From the NCBI GenBank assembly GCA_964510055.1, contig CAZDZY010000004.1, positions 1-56,789 of the forward strand: DNA of 56,789 nt. The letters are read 5' to 3'. The stretch's first letter is position 1; every line of letters begins with the position of its first letter. The position numbers and the translations under genes are program-made. The notes under the pieces were generated by a model that had not been told where the DNA came from, did not search any database, and worked only from the letters and a program-made list of their open reading frames with translations. The stretch is from an uncultured Christensenellaceae bacterium. Its GTDB lineage: Bacteria; Bacillota; Clostridia; Christensenellales; SZUA-584. Positions 34,501 to 45,130 of the stretch are shown piece after piece.

Positions 34501-37500
34501 TCCAGCCCGCATGTTACGAAAGCGTCTTCACGTATCCCTAAGATAGACGACGGCACGGTGAACGACGGTTCGCCGAGGCTGTTTCTTTTTGCGGCCGGAT
34601 AATAGGCCAAAGTGTCCTCATCAAAGTAATAATCGTAGCAGTAAACCACCCCGTCAAGGTCCCAGTAATACTCACCGCCGTCGGTTACCGTTACCTCGTC
34701 TAGTCCCGTGCAGCCATAAAACGCGTCGCCGTAAAAGTAGCTAAGGTCTCTCGGCAGATTTATGCTTCTAAGGCCCGTACAATTATAAAACGCGAAAGAA
34801 TAGATATCCGTAAGCGTGTCGGGAATGGTTACCGAAGAAAGCTTTTCGCAGTTCTCAAAAGTTTTCCAAAACAGTTCGGTAACTCCTTCAGGTATCGTGA
34901 CCGACCCCACCCAGGCGGAGTCAAACGCCGTTTCGTCGATATCCGTCACTGTTATAGGTATGGTATAGCTCGGGCCCACGTCTTCGATTACCGGCATCGC
35001 GGAATTCTTCGCCGGGCATCTTATGAGCCTCGTCTTTTCCGCGTCGAAGAGCACGCCGTTTTCCACCGTGAAGTTCGGATTCGCGCCTGTGTTTATTGTC
35101 GCGAGCAGCGGGCAGCCTTCGAGGAACGGCGCGCCTATGTAGGTCACGCTGTCCGGAACGGTAAAGCTCTTCAGCGAAGAGCAATACGAAAACGCCTCGT
35201 CCCCGATGCTCTTAAGAGACGCAGGCAGAGTAATGTCTTCAAGGTTATAGCATTCCCTGAACGCGGCCCTTCCTATTTCCGTAATACTGTCCGGCAGAAT
35301 TACGTTCCTGATACTGCTGTTTCCTATAAAAGCGGTTGCCCCTATCCTCGTTACGGGCTTAAAGTCTATAACGTCCGGCACGATAACTCCCGGCTCCGCC
35401 CCGGTGTACTTGGTTATCAGGATGCCTGCCTCTTCGTTAATATACTTGAAATACCCGAACGTCTTCAAGTCCGTCGCGGCATACCGGGTTATCGCTATAG
35501 TATATATCCTTTCCGTTCTGCCGTCAGACGAAGACACTGTGATCTCGATATTGTTAACTCCTACGTTAAGCGGAGTGGCGCCGCTATCCTCGTCGGAATA
35601 CCAATCTGCCCAATCGTCCCCCAGCACTGCCCATGCGTCTATACAGATTTCATCTATTTCGTTACTTACGCTAAGCGTATATTCGTATACGTCCGGGCTG
35701 AACTCGGGAGTAAAAGGAAGCAAATAATCATAATTGTTATCAAAGACCCGCAGAACTTCGAGTTTGCATTCAGACTGCCAGTCAGCGTAAAGCGTAACAT
35801 CACAAGGGCCCATCGCGTATATCTCGCCCGGAGCGCAACTCATGCCGCTGCCGTCCGGCATCGTGTTCCATCCCGTGAACGTATAATGCTCCTTTGCAAG
35901 GCCGCCCGTATTGCCGGGCATTGTCACCGGAGCGGCGTAAATATGCGCATTGCTGTCGGACGGAACGCTTCCTGATTCCGCGCCGTTAGCGTCGTACGTG
36001 ATATAGTTTCCCACGGTCGGGTTAAACTCCTGGGGCGTATACCCGTGCCAGGGGGCGGTGAATCCCGTTTTACCTGTTGCGTAATAGATGACAAGCTCGC
36101 TGCAACCTACAAATTCATATTCTGTCGTTGTCGGGCAATCGCCCAAAAAGACCGCTTCGGTAAGGTTGTAGCAATATGGGAATGAAAAATCCATTTGCGT
36201 GACCGAAGCCGGTATCTCGACGCTCCAAATATCGCTGAAAAGGAAAGCGGTGTTTCCAATGGTTTCAACGCCATTCGGAATGACAACCTCCCTTAAAGAG
36301 CTGTCCGAAAACGCGCCATTTCCTATAGCGGTAATCCCGGCAGGTATGCTGTACGAAAGGCCGCTCTTCCCGGCGGGATATTGTATCAGCGTTGTCATGC
36401 CGCTGTCGAACAATACGCCGCCCTCGCTGGTGTAATTTTCGTTTAAAGCGTCGACGTTTATAGACATAAGCGAAGAACACCTGGCAAAAGCTCCCGATCC
36501 TATTGTCTCGACGCTTGCCGGAATATCGATTTCCAACAGGTCGGTGCAATAGAGAAACGCGTCGGGCCCTATAACAACCAGGCCGTCGGGAATATCTATA
36601 TTTACAATCGAAGAACAATCATAAAAAGCGCCCATCCCGATCTCCGTAACGCCTTCCGGGACGGTGAACTCGACAAGGCTGTAACATTCCTCAAAAGCGT
36701 TTCTTCCTATGGAGGTAACGCTGTTGGGGAGGGTTATATTTTCGAGGCTATAACAGGACGCAAAAGCATAGGCTCCTATCTCGGTAACGCTGCCGGAGAT
36801 AGTTATGCTTTCAAGACCCTCGCAGCCTTCAAAAGCGCTGGCTCCTATTACGGTAACGCTTGAAGGTATCGCGTAGCTTATGCCGGTTTTCCCGTTAGGA
36901 TATCTTACTATAGTGGTTTTGTTCTTATTGAAAAGCACCCCGCCTGAGGCGGAATACGCGGTATTGTACGAGTTGACGCTTATCGACGCTAAATCATAAC
37001 AGAAATTGAAAGCGGTCGCTCCGATCGAGTCTACGTATCTGGGTATGTAGATCGCGGTAATAGGCGTATTGTAAAAGGCGTTCTCCCCGATGCTTTTAAG
37101 GGTGGCGGGCAGGCCTACGGTTGTGAGGAAATAAGCCCTGTAAAACGCGCTGTCCCCTATTTCCGTTACGCCGGAAGGTATCGTTACACTCGTAATAGTC
37201 GCGTTATTCGCGAAAGCGCCTGCTCCTATGGCAGTTACCTGGTATCCGCCCAGCATAGCCGGGAGCGTGATGACCCCGTCAAAGCCTGTGTATCCTGTAA
37301 TGGTTGCTTTCCCGTCGGTCACCGTATAAGTGAAATCTGAGGCGGCTGCCGCTGAAATACCGGACGCCGGAGTTACTGTTATATTATATTCCCTTACGTC
37401 TCCGTTTTCCGCCGTGACGGTTACTTTAAACACGCTGCCGCCTTCGGCAATGTCAAACGTGCCGAGGCCGGAAACCTGGGCGTTTTGGCCGTTAGCTTCC

Positions 37501-38033
37501 GCCGCGATATCGACAGGGCCGGCTTCGGCGGCCGCCGTATATTCCGTTATTGCCGGGTCGAACGCAGGGACAAGCGCGAGCGCCGTTCCCCCCGCCGTTA
37601 CGGTAAGGGATTTCAGGCTGCAGTCATCCGGCGGCGCTTCCGCCGCCCTGTTTATCGTTATCACATATTCCTGCTTTACAGGGTCGGCCCCTTCCGCTGT
37701 CCGGGATACCGTAACTTTAAAAACGTTTTCTCCCGCGGCAAGCGGAAATTCGCCTAAGCCGTCTATAGTGTCGCCTTCAACTGCCGGCGACGCGGCTATC
37801 GTTACTTTATCGGCGCTGAACTCCGCGCCTATAGTATAGCTGAATGTTTCAGACGAAAAACCCTCCAGCAGTTCCGTCTCCCCGCACTTTACCGAGAGGT
37901 TCGAGAGCAGCGGCGGCCCGGTTTCCGAGGCCTCCCCTTCGGCATGCGCCGTTGAAGGAAACACTACCATGCTCATCAGCATGGCAAACGCGAGCAAAAA
38001 TGCCCAAAACTTTGTACCATGATTGGTCCTCAT
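31566..38033 (-). CDS. 2155-aa surface protein: cadherin-like beta-sandwiches, two BspA-type LRR blocks, InlB-B repeats, C-terminal FN3 repeats
   Basis: Signal peptide; F.P....Y cadherin-like motifs; IP..VT.IG..AF..C..L repeats; F.GW motifs; W..V.GA..Y...YYY.V FN3 pattern. Confidence 0.92.
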   Translation of the reverse strand: MRTNHGTKFWAFLLAFAMLMSMVVFPSTAHAEGEASETGPPLLSNLSVKCGETELLEGFSSETFSYTIGAEFSADKVTIAASPAVEGDTIDGLGEFPLAAGENVFKVTVSRTAEGADPVKQEYVITINRAAEAPPDDCSLKSLTVTAGGTALALVPAFDPAITEYTAAAEAGPVDIAAEANGQNAQVSGLGTFDIAEGGSVFKVTVTAENGDVREYNITVTPASGISAAAASDFTYTVTDGKATITGYTGFDGVITLPAMLGGYQVTAIGAGAFANNATITSVTIPSGVTEIGDSAFYRAYFLTTVGLPATLKSIGENAFYNTPITAIYIPRYVDSIGATAFNFCYDLASISVNSYNTAYSASGGVLFNKNKTTIVRYPNGKTGISYAIPSSVTVIGASAFEGCEGLESITISGSVTEIGAYAFASCYSLENITLPNSVTSIGRNAFEECYSLVEFTVPEGVTEIGMGAFYDCSSIVNIDIPDGLVVIGPDAFLYCTDLLEIDIPASVETIGSGAFARCSSLMSINVDALNENYTSEGGVLFDSGMTTLIQYPAGKSGLSYSIPAGITAIGNGAFSDSSLREVVIPNGVETIGNTAFLFSDIWSVEIPASVTQMDFSFPYCYNLTEAVFLGDCPTTTEYEFVGCSELVIYYATGKTGFTAPWHGYTPQEFNPTVGNYITYDANGAESGSVPSDSNAHIYAAPVTMPGNTGGLAKEHYTFTGWNTMPDGSGMSCAPGEIYAMGPCDVTLYADWQSECKLEVLRVFDNNYDYLLPFTPEFSPDVYEYTLSVSNEIDEICIDAWAVLGDDWADWYSDEDSGATPLNVGVNNIEITVSSSDGRTERIYTIAITRYAATDLKTFGYFKYINEEAGILITKYTGAEPGVIVPDVIDFKPVTRIGATAFIGNSSIRNVILPDSITEIGRAAFRECYNLEDITLPASLKSIGDEAFSYCSSLKSFTVPDSVTYIGAPFLEGCPLLATINTGANPNFTVENGVLFDAEKTRLIRCPAKNSAMPVIEDVGPSYTIPITVTDIDETAFDSAWVGSVTIPEGVTELFWKTFENCEKLSSVTIPDTLTDIYSFAFYNCTGLRSINLPRDLSYFYGDAFYGCTGLDEVTVTDGGEYYWDLDGVVYCYDYYFDEDTLAYYPAAKRNSLGEPSFTVPSSILGIREDAFVTCGLEQIDLGSGVYWIDWEAFVDCDRLTSVTIPDNIEEIYSGAFIDCDNLSTATMGYGTNYIAIDAFYDCPKLAAVYFLGDAPYVETGEEEDEGFAGMKKKAESAAEHAPRELKSTYNGMVKTLRTIKARALADTKLFPGSSSSFIVYRAYGTAGYTNPWYGRPVKTFYDDQTCTVSFNLNGKAADPIDSQTVYKYGKAAQPLNPANPDNRFLGWYREASCVNRWDFAVNTVSANITLYAKWTNTSVITVKPSNRYYGTAAGGTTVADGTVVTVTATPKQGYRFLYWTETLNGVAELASFDAKYAFTATESRTLTAQFAAIGKPVITSIYSTAHNSATLWWSAVDGAIGYNIYRATSYRGTYLQVGENLKGEITFTDTGLQWGKTYYYKVSAVCNCDTARTVGARSAYKSVKVKWQAPTLTAAPESYYGVTLNWTEVDGADAYYVWMSTYNGGYEQMPEKVYGLNYLAKGMPLGRTYYFKVQAVDETKAGEVPGPLSAYKSARAGWEPIKLTATAAYDKVKLNWNNVKDADSYYVWVKSGSGDYLPEPDKVRKLEGKDFVEYEDFELTPGVTYYYRVQPVDEELGREDVVGPLSACKYAKTAWPTLTLKAAPLTYNGIILKWNAIYGADAYDIYRGTSYKAINECIKENLVPEPDATSVEYEDKGLEKRTYYYRVVPKTFDGKLNLKTMYRYSRPGWQKVKLTAAPYTYDSIKLTWNEVKGEPGYRVQRYNAATRKWDVISLMFDHPAEGYISCIDTGLKTGATYYYKIRAYVSDTEYTLSAYRYAKPAWPTLKLTAASDGYNSIALSWNRIQGADVYEVYRNTTYTGTFTFIGDSNSPECDFDGSTYTFTGESGLDTGRRYYYRVIPRDSVSGKGNPSTALKYATPVPSAPVVTLGRAVTGGITGRWAAVDGASGYEVYRATSLRGTYYKLITTAGLGFWDVTTTLGRTYYYKVRAFRVVGTTKVYGAFSAIGSWTDLPTE

Positions 38034-38403
38034 AATCTCTGTTCCTCCCGTAATTTATTTTTTGCGTGAAACCGACAAAATCTGCCTAATATATGCATTA
38101 TATAATGTTAATATATGAGATACAATAGATTGTTTTATCATTGTTACCTCTTTCCACCTTATTATAGCTGTATCTGTCAGCAACTCACGGAGTAACAGCT
38201 GTGTGCCCGGCAGCTGTTATAATATAGAAACTATTGATAATGTGTTACGTTAATGGTAAAATAAATACTAAATATAGATTAAATATTTAAATTCTTTTAG
38301 CTGATTTAATTACCAGCAATAATAATCAGATGTATTGTTTACTTAAGATCGGCTCCCAAGCAAACAAGAAGATATCTGTTCCTTATAATAAGGAGGGTTT
38401 AGC

Positions 38404-41400
38404 ATGAAACACTTTTTCCAAAAAACTGCCGGTATTCCTATATTCATAATGGTCTTTGTTCTGATCTTTTTAATGATCCCGGAAACGGTTTCCGCTTTTG
38501 CTCCCGATACGCAGCCGGCAGGCGGCGACCGGGTATCGCTGGACGATAACATTGCAGATATACTGCGGGGTAAAAACCCCGAACCGGAGAAAGCAAGGGA
38601 GATATGCGAAGATATTGAAAACTTTGAGGTTCCGGACTTTTCAGCTCCTGATACCTCCGAGCCTCCTGACCAAAGCGCAGGCCCCGGGGACGTCCCTCCC
38701 GAAAGCAGCGATCCCGGCATCGTTTCCGCCGAAGGTGCGGTGTCGGCGGAAAGCACGATCAATATCAAAACAGATCTGACTTTAACCAGCAATAAAACAT
38801 ATACCGGCACCGTAGTCGTATACCCCACCTCGGATATAAATATTAATCATAAGATACTGACTGTTAACGGCACTCTGTATATCTACGGATATATAGACGT
38901 TAACGGCGGAATGCTCAAAGTTAACGGGAATTTAGTAATAGCTAATGATTCAAACGGAATTGACGGATTATTAGCCGTTAACGAAGGCTCTGTCATTGTA
39001 AATAGAACATCCAGCACTAACGGGAATTTCCTTAACCAGGGCCGGCTGTCGATGTATATGCCTTCAGATAAGATAACGGTGACCAACGGGGATTTCATAG
39101 CTGACGGCGAAGACACCGATCTGTATTTGTATCGCGGAACTATAGACATTAACGGCGATTTCGCACAGCTTAATGATTTTGACGGTAAGTCTTTCGCACC
39201 GCAGGAAGATCTAAAAGTAATAATAAGAGGCGGGACCGTGTCAGCCCCCAGGGTAGTGTTTTTTGTAAATCCGGGGCCGTCGTACTTTTCAAATTTCGAG
39301 TTGGCTGAAGGAGCAGTTTTATCGGATGACAGCATCATCGTGCTTAAACTATCCCTGTCTGCCGACACTTCGATCACCATACCGAGCGCAGCGGTATATT
39401 TCTTTGGCAACTTAAACGGATATGATCTGACATTATATGCCGACCACGGGTCCGGTTATTTTACCTGCCCTTCCGCAAGTTTGAATTTCGGCGGCGGGAA
39501 AGTAACGGTAAACGGAACTTCGGGTTTCAGCATGGGCAGTTGGGTAAACATGACAAATCCTGCCGATACATTCTTTGCTAACGGAGATTTTATAACAGCG
39601 GACAGGTCTGCCGAACTGACACAGGGACTTCTGGAGATAAACGGGGACTTCTGGCAGATGATATCTGCCGACAATGACTGGGATACTTTCAAACCCGGCC
39701 CGGAGTTTATTACCCGGTTTGATAAACCCGATACTTTGGTAATTTTCGATAGTCCATCCCGTTCCTACTTTACAAATCTTGAAATGGCGCCCGACGCGTC
39801 TTTTAATAACGAAAGCCTTATATCGCTTCGCGTACTGCTTCAGCAGGATATAATCGATACACCGATGAATTATCCGAATCTGCATCTTAGCGGAGATCTT
39901 AACGGGCACACGCTTACTGTCGGCTGCAATTTTACCATTGCAGGCACTCTCAATATAAACGGCGGCAGATTGTTGGCAAAAGGCGATGTATATGCCGACG
40001 GCTTATTAAGAATGAATAAAGACGCCGATTATGTGTGCGTTGACGGGGATTATACAGTATTATCAAATAATTACAATTATAACGAGATCACGGCCGGCAC
40101 ATTGGTATTCAAAGGGGATTTCCTCGCAGCAACAGATATCTTCGGCGATTTTGGCGGTTACCATTCATTTACAGCCGGCGGCACGAACCTGACGATCCTG
40201 GAGGGCGCAGATAAAAAAGTCATTTTTACCAATCCGTACGGCTCATATTTTGCAAACGTTGAGATAGCGGACGGAACTACTTTTACGCCCGACAGCGTTG
40301 TTTCGATCCGTGAACACCTTACGAAAGACTGTACGTTCAATATCCCGAAACTTTACTTTGCAGGCAACCTTAACGGGCATACGGTAAACGTTAACGGAAA
40401 CCTTTATATGACGTGGGGCATGGGCATTCAAAATGGTAATTTAACTGTGTCCGGCGATCTGACAACTAATGGAAACCTGAGCATGGGTGATGCGGCAGGC
40501 ATAGTCCGCGTAAAAGGTAATTACATTACTTCAGGAAATAACTATCTTGAACTGACAAAAGGCACGCTCTATATTGAAGGCAATTTCCATCAGTTAGCAC
40601 CGAGCACATACTATCCTGTAGTTAACCAGCACAGGACGGTCTTTTGCGGTGCCGGGCCGCAGTCTATAATATTTGACGCGCCTTCTTTGATAAGACTCGG
40701 TATCGTTGAGATCGCAAACCCAAAGGCCGCATATACGAGCCTTCCCTGCGATAAACTCATAATTTCATGTATAAATTTAAACGGTATCACCGCAACAGAC
40801 GGAACGCTTTGCCCTGCGCTTGAGAAGGATACGCTCGATTATATTATGCTTTTGCCAAAAGGTATAACAAGCACCACATTAAGCGTTACAACACCCAACG
40901 GAAACGAGTCCGTAACGATGAACGGTAATGCGGGGCCCTCCATGGAAATCGGCTATATACCATACGAAGGGAACGTCCCCGTACAGATAAACGTTACCAT
41001 TCCGGACTGCGCGCTGATAAAAACTTATAATGTGAAAGTGGAACGGCTCAATGCGGATATCGCAAGCATAGGCCTTACGAATTGTACTTTGGACAAGCCT
41101 TTCGACCCCGATACGCTCGATTACAGCATCGAATTGCCATCCTACACCGGGTCGATAGGCCTCGCTCCGGTGATAGGGAACCCGGATTCCGGATTTACTA
41201 TGGACGGGCAAAGCGTTGCCTCAAAAACGATAGTTATGAATCCCGGTGAAACAAAAATATGCGTTGTACACGTGACCGGGCAGGACGGGTCGACGACGAA
41301 GGATTATACGTTCACCATCCATCGCGCTCCGCTTATCGACGATATAACAATTACCGGCGGCACGCTCTCCCCCGCTTTCGCGTTCACCGTTGATTCATAT

Positions 41401-44400
41401 ACTGTAGACCTGCCGGCAGCAGACAGCGATATCACTATATCCGTCGGCAAATCCGCCGGCTGCGACACCCTGACTATGGACGGGACGGAGCAGGATTCAA
41501 TGGACGTAAACCTTCCTCTGATCGGCCAGTCAAAAACAATAACAATAACGGCTAAAGCCGCGGGAAGCAGCGTGACGCATACATATACGGTAAAGGTAAC
41601 GCGCGCTTCGCTGCTCACAGGCCTCGGGCAGCCCGCTAACACGACGTTGTCGCAAAGTTACACGCCCACCGTCTTAGGCTATACGCTGACTGTACCATCC
41701 TCTATGGCTGAAGTCACGCTGCATCCGACCGTTTCAGGTTATTGCGATGAGATAGCTTTTAAGCTTGGAGACGGCGAATTTATATCGGCAGAGCAAGTGG
41801 CAGTTGATCCCATGATAGGCGAGACGATACCGGTAAGCATAAGGGTAAGGGACACAGCCGACGGCATTGAACAGATATATACAATCGATGTTCTGCGGAG
41901 GCCGATAGTAACGAACATAACCTCGCAGGAGTTCCCCGGCAGCTTTGTCTTTTCACCGACTGTCCTTTCCTATGAGATGACTGTGCCTGCCAATGTAGGC
42001 TCATTGCGTTTCAGCGTTACCGGCGCTCATAACTCCACTCCTTCATATAGTATAGGCGCAGGTGAGATAAAGACCTTTAACATTTCTGTTGACTCTGCTG
42101 ATCATCTGATCAGCATAACTTATAGCATAGTAGTGACCTGTGTACCTAAACCGCTTGACAGTATAACGGCTTCTTACGGGTCTACCATTAAAACCTTTGA
42201 TGCGAAAAGTAAAAATTATAATGTGAATATTGACGCAATAACAAAAACGGTTACTATTGAAGTTGATAAAAACGATCACTGCAGTAAGCTGGAGATAAAC
42301 GGCGCTGAATCCGAATCCGGATCTGAAATCGTTTCCCCGCCCATTGGAAGTACTCCTTACCTTATCAAGGCGACTGATGTAGATACTGGTGTAATAACAA
42401 CATACACTGTTACTATTGAAAGAAGGCCGCTGCTTAATAATATCACAGCTTCAGTCGGCACATTATATCCGGCTTTCGATCCTGAAATCGACCACTATGT
42501 ATTGATCATGCCGCTTAATAAAGACGAGGTCACTATTTCGCCCACCAGATCTTCATATTGTAACTCCTATTTGTCTGGCACCGTAGTTACAGTTCCAAAA
42601 AATGTGTATAAACAGGTCAAATTCACCGCGAGCAGCAACAACGGGGTTTCAAGCGATTATTTCATAGATATATATAACATTCAGCCGGTCTCGGGGTTAC
42701 AGCTAACAAGCGGGACTTTGTCGCCTTCATATAATCCGGGCGTGCAGAATTACACAATCACGCTGCCTGCTACTATATCGTCGACCACAGTAACACCCGT
42801 GCTGACGGAAACAGCGCAGAGCATTACCATCGACGGCGAAGACGTGAACTCGAAGACGTATACGCTGAACACGGTCGGGGAAACGGCCTCTTCGGTCATC
42901 AGCGTCGTTGCTATCGATAATACGGTCCGCACGTATAACCTTACGGTAAAGAGGTCTCCGCTGATAACGAAAATCAAAACCAACATATCGAAATACCCTG
43001 TTTCGCCGGTATTCAGCCCGATAACTGCGCGTTATACAATAGACGTTCCGGCGACAGTGCCGCAGATCTGCATTACTCCCGTAAAGGCAAGTTCGGGCGT
43101 AAGGAGCATGACCATAAACGGCAGGAGCGTTTCTTATATCTACTTAAAGCCGGCGATAGGCGGAAGCGCTACTGCAAATATCGTAGCTACAGCAACTGAC
43201 GGCGTAACGAAGTCAGAGTATACAGTTACCGTGCGCCGCGCGCCCCTTGTGACGGATATCGACGTTTCTTCGGGCACCTTAATGTTTTCACCCACTGCTT
43301 TAACGTATACGGTGGACGTACCGGCTGATACCCCGAGCGTTACGGTGACCGCCGCCCAGGCGGCTTCCGGCGTAAGGTATATGAAGATCAACAACGTCCT
43401 GCAGTCGTCGGTTGTCCTCACGCCCGCTGTCGGCGGTACCGCGAAAGCGACGGTCACGGCTCTGGCAACAGACAGCAAAACGAAAATTACCTATACGGTG
43501 ATCGTGCGGCGCGCGCCTGTGATCTCGGGGATAAGCCCGGATACCGGTACGATGAGCCCTGCCTTCAGCGCCACTGCCGCATCCTATACGATAAACCTGC
43601 CTTCAACTGTTTCCTCATGCACCCTCACGCCCGTAAAAGGGGTTGACTGCGCCGTGCTTTTGATAAACGGCGTCCCTCAGGATTCGCTGACTGTAAATCC
43701 GCTCATAGGCGAAAGCATTCCCGTCGTTATAGAGGGCAGGACCGCGCTCGGAACTGCCGTCACCTATAACGTTACGGTGAAAAGGGCTGCATTAATAACG
43801 AAGATCAGAAGCAGCTCGTCAAGATATCCGCTTTCGCCGGTATTCAGCCCGACATCTATGGATTATACTATCGACCTACCGGCTACAACCGGTTATATCA
43901 CGTTATATGTTACCAAAGCCTCAAGCGGGGTCAAGGCCCTGACGATCAATGGCAGGAGAGCATCTTACGTCACTTTAAGGCCGGCGATAGGCGGAAGCGC
44001 GACCGCTGCTGTTGTTGCGACCGCGGCCGACGGCGTAACGAAGTCAGAGTATACAGTTACCGTGCGCCGCGCGCCCCTTGTGACGGATATCGACGTTTCT
44101 TCGGGCACCTTAATGTTTTCACCCACTGCTTTAACGTATACGGTGGACGTACCGGCTGATACCCCGAGCGTTACGGTGACCGCCGCCCAGGCGGCTTCCG
44201 GCGTAAGGTATATGAAGATCAACAACGTCCTGCAGTCGTCGGTTGTCCTCACGCCCGCTGTCGGCGGTACCGCGAAAGCGACGGTCACGGCTCTGGCAAC
44301 AGACAGCAAAACGAAAATTACCTATACGGTGATCGTGCGGCGCGCGCCTGTGATCTCGGGGATAAGCCCGGATACCGGTACGATGAGCCCTGCCTTCAGC

Positions 44401-44910
44401 GCCACTGCCGCATCCTATACGATAAACCTGCCTTCAACTGTTTCCTCATGCACCCTCACGCCCGTAAAAGGGGTTGACTGCGCCGTGCTTTTGATAAACG
44501 GCGTCCCTCAGGATTCGCTGACTGTAAATCCGCTCATAGGCGAAAGCATTCCCGTCGTTATAGAGGGCAGGACCGCGCTCGGAACTGCCGTCACCTATAA
44601 CGTTACGGTGAAAAGGGCTGCATTAATAACGAAGATCAGAAGCAGCTCGTCAAGATATCCGCTTTCGCCGGTATTCAGCCCGACATCTATGGATTATACT
44701 ATCGACCTCCCGGCTACAACCAGCTATGTCACGGTGTATGTTACCAAAGCCTCAAGCGGGGTCAAGGCCCTGACTATTAACGGCAGGAGCGCCTCGTCAT
44801 ATACGGCCAGGCCTGCTGTTGGAGGAACTGAGGTTATTGTAGTAAATGCCGTAGCGAGCGACGGGGTTACTTCAGTGACTTATACCATCACGGTTAAGCG
44901 TGCAAGTTAA
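38404..44910 (+). CDS. 2168-aa secreted protein: N-terminal beta-helix-like repeats + long string of cadherin-like beta-sandwich domains
   Basis: AAGGAGG RBS; signal peptide; L.I.GDF.Q repeats; many LSP.FSP....Y...YTVTV.R repeats. Confidence 0.9.
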   Translation: MKHFFQKTAGIPIFIMVFVLIFLMIPETVSAFAPDTQPAGGDRVSLDDNIADILRGKNPEPEKAREICEDIENFEVPDFSAPDTSEPPDQSAGPGDVPPESSDPGIVSAEGAVSAESTINIKTDLTLTSNKTYTGTVVVYPTSDININHKILTVNGTLYIYGYIDVNGGMLKVNGNLVIANDSNGIDGLLAVNEGSVIVNRTSSTNGNFLNQGRLSMYMPSDKITVTNGDFIADGEDTDLYLYRGTIDINGDFAQLNDFDGKSFAPQEDLKVIIRGGTVSAPRVVFFVNPGPSYFSNFELAEGAVLSDDSIIVLKLSLSADTSITIPSAAVYFFGNLNGYDLTLYADHGSGYFTCPSASLNFGGGKVTVNGTSGFSMGSWVNMTNPADTFFANGDFITADRSAELTQGLLEINGDFWQMISADNDWDTFKPGPEFITRFDKPDTLVIFDSPSRSYFTNLEMAPDASFNNESLISLRVLLQQDIIDTPMNYPNLHLSGDLNGHTLTVGCNFTIAGTLNINGGRLLAKGDVYADGLLRMNKDADYVCVDGDYTVLSNNYNYNEITAGTLVFKGDFLAATDIFGDFGGYHSFTAGGTNLTILEGADKKVIFTNPYGSYFANVEIADGTTFTPDSVVSIREHLTKDCTFNIPKLYFAGNLNGHTVNVNGNLYMTWGMGIQNGNLTVSGDLTTNGNLSMGDAAGIVRVKGNYITSGNNYLELTKGTLYIEGNFHQLAPSTYYPVVNQHRTVFCGAGPQSIIFDAPSLIRLGIVEIANPKAAYTSLPCDKLIISCINLNGITATDGTLCPALEKDTLDYIMLLPKGITSTTLSVTTPNGNESVTMNGNAGPSMEIGYIPYEGNVPVQINVTIPDCALIKTYNVKVERLNADIASIGLTNCTLDKPFDPDTLDYSIELPSYTGSIGLAPVIGNPDSGFTMDGQSVASKTIVMNPGETKICVVHVTGQDGSTTKDYTFTIHRAPLIDDITITGGTLSPAFAFTVDSYTVDLPAADSDITISVGKSAGCDTLTMDGTEQDSMDVNLPLIGQSKTITITAKAAGSSVTHTYTVKVTRASLLTGLGQPANTTLSQSYTPTVLGYTLTVPSSMAEVTLHPTVSGYCDEIAFKLGDGEFISAEQVAVDPMIGETIPVSIRVRDTADGIEQIYTIDVLRRPIVTNITSQEFPGSFVFSPTVLSYEMTVPANVGSLRFSVTGAHNSTPSYSIGAGEIKTFNISVDSADHLISITYSIVVTCVPKPLDSITASYGSTIKTFDAKSKNYNVNIDAITKTVTIEVDKNDHCSKLEINGAESESGSEIVSPPIGSTPYLIKATDVDTGVITTYTVTIERRPLLNNITASVGTLYPAFDPEIDHYVLIMPLNKDEVTISPTRSSYCNSYLSGTVVTVPKNVYKQVKFTASSNNGVSSDYFIDIYNIQPVSGLQLTSGTLSPSYNPGVQNYTITLPATISSTTVTPVLTETAQSITIDGEDVNSKTYTLNTVGETASSVISVVAIDNTVRTYNLTVKRSPLITKIKTNISKYPVSPVFSPITARYTIDVPATVPQICITPVKASSGVRSMTINGRSVSYIYLKPAIGGSATANIVATATDGVTKSEYTVTVRRAPLVTDIDVSSGTLMFSPTALTYTVDVPADTPSVTVTAAQAASGVRYMKINNVLQSSVVLTPAVGGTAKATVTALATDSKTKITYTVIVRRAPVISGISPDTGTMSPAFSATAASYTINLPSTVSSCTLTPVKGVDCAVLLINGVPQDSLTVNPLIGESIPVVIEGRTALGTAVTYNVTVKRAALITKIRSSSSRYPLSPVFSPTSMDYTIDLPATTGYITLYVTKASSGVKALTINGRRASYVTLRPAIGGSATAAVVATAADGVTKSEYTVTVRRAPLVTDIDVSSGTLMFSPTALTYTVDVPADTPSVTVTAAQAASGVRYMKINNVLQSSVVLTPAVGGTAKATVTALATDSKTKITYTVIVRRAPVISGISPDTGTMSPAFSATAASYTINLPSTVSSCTLTPVKGVDCAVLLINGVPQDSLTVNPLIGESIPVVIEGRTALGTAVTYNVTVKRAALITKIRSSSSRYPLSPVFSPTSMDYTIDLPATTSYVTVYVTKASSGVKALTINGRSASSYTARPAVGGTEVIVVNAVASDGVTSVTYTITVKRAS
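43198..44708 (+). repeat. intragenic direct repeat, period 831 bp; 43198-43877 identical by eye to 44029-44708
   Basis: Direct comparison; one period = 277 aa = three cadherin-like domains. Confidence 0.9.
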
Positions 44911-45084
44911 TAACCGTATAAAACATGGATGGACCGAGCCGGCTTAAATATAAAACCGACAGTACAGGCTTAAGCTATGCATTATATCAGATTATGCTTG
45001 CCTGAAAGCGGCAGCAAGGCTAAATAAAAGCTTCCTGATAATAATCGACAACACCTTTAAAGAATGGTTTTTTTCTATGATAAC

Positions 45085-45117
45085 AAAAAAGCCCGCCGTC
45101 ATTTGACGGCGGGCTTT
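45085..45117. terminator. bidirectional intrinsic terminator
   Basis: AAAAAAGCCCGCCGTCA-TT-TGACGGCGGGCTTT. Confidence 0.88.
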
Positions 45118-45130
45118 CATCCGTTATGAG

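Noticed and set aside
43198..44800. Diversity-generating retroelement TR/VR pair
   Set aside because: Differences between copies are not adenine-specific, both copies are in-frame coding, and no reverse transcriptase is present.
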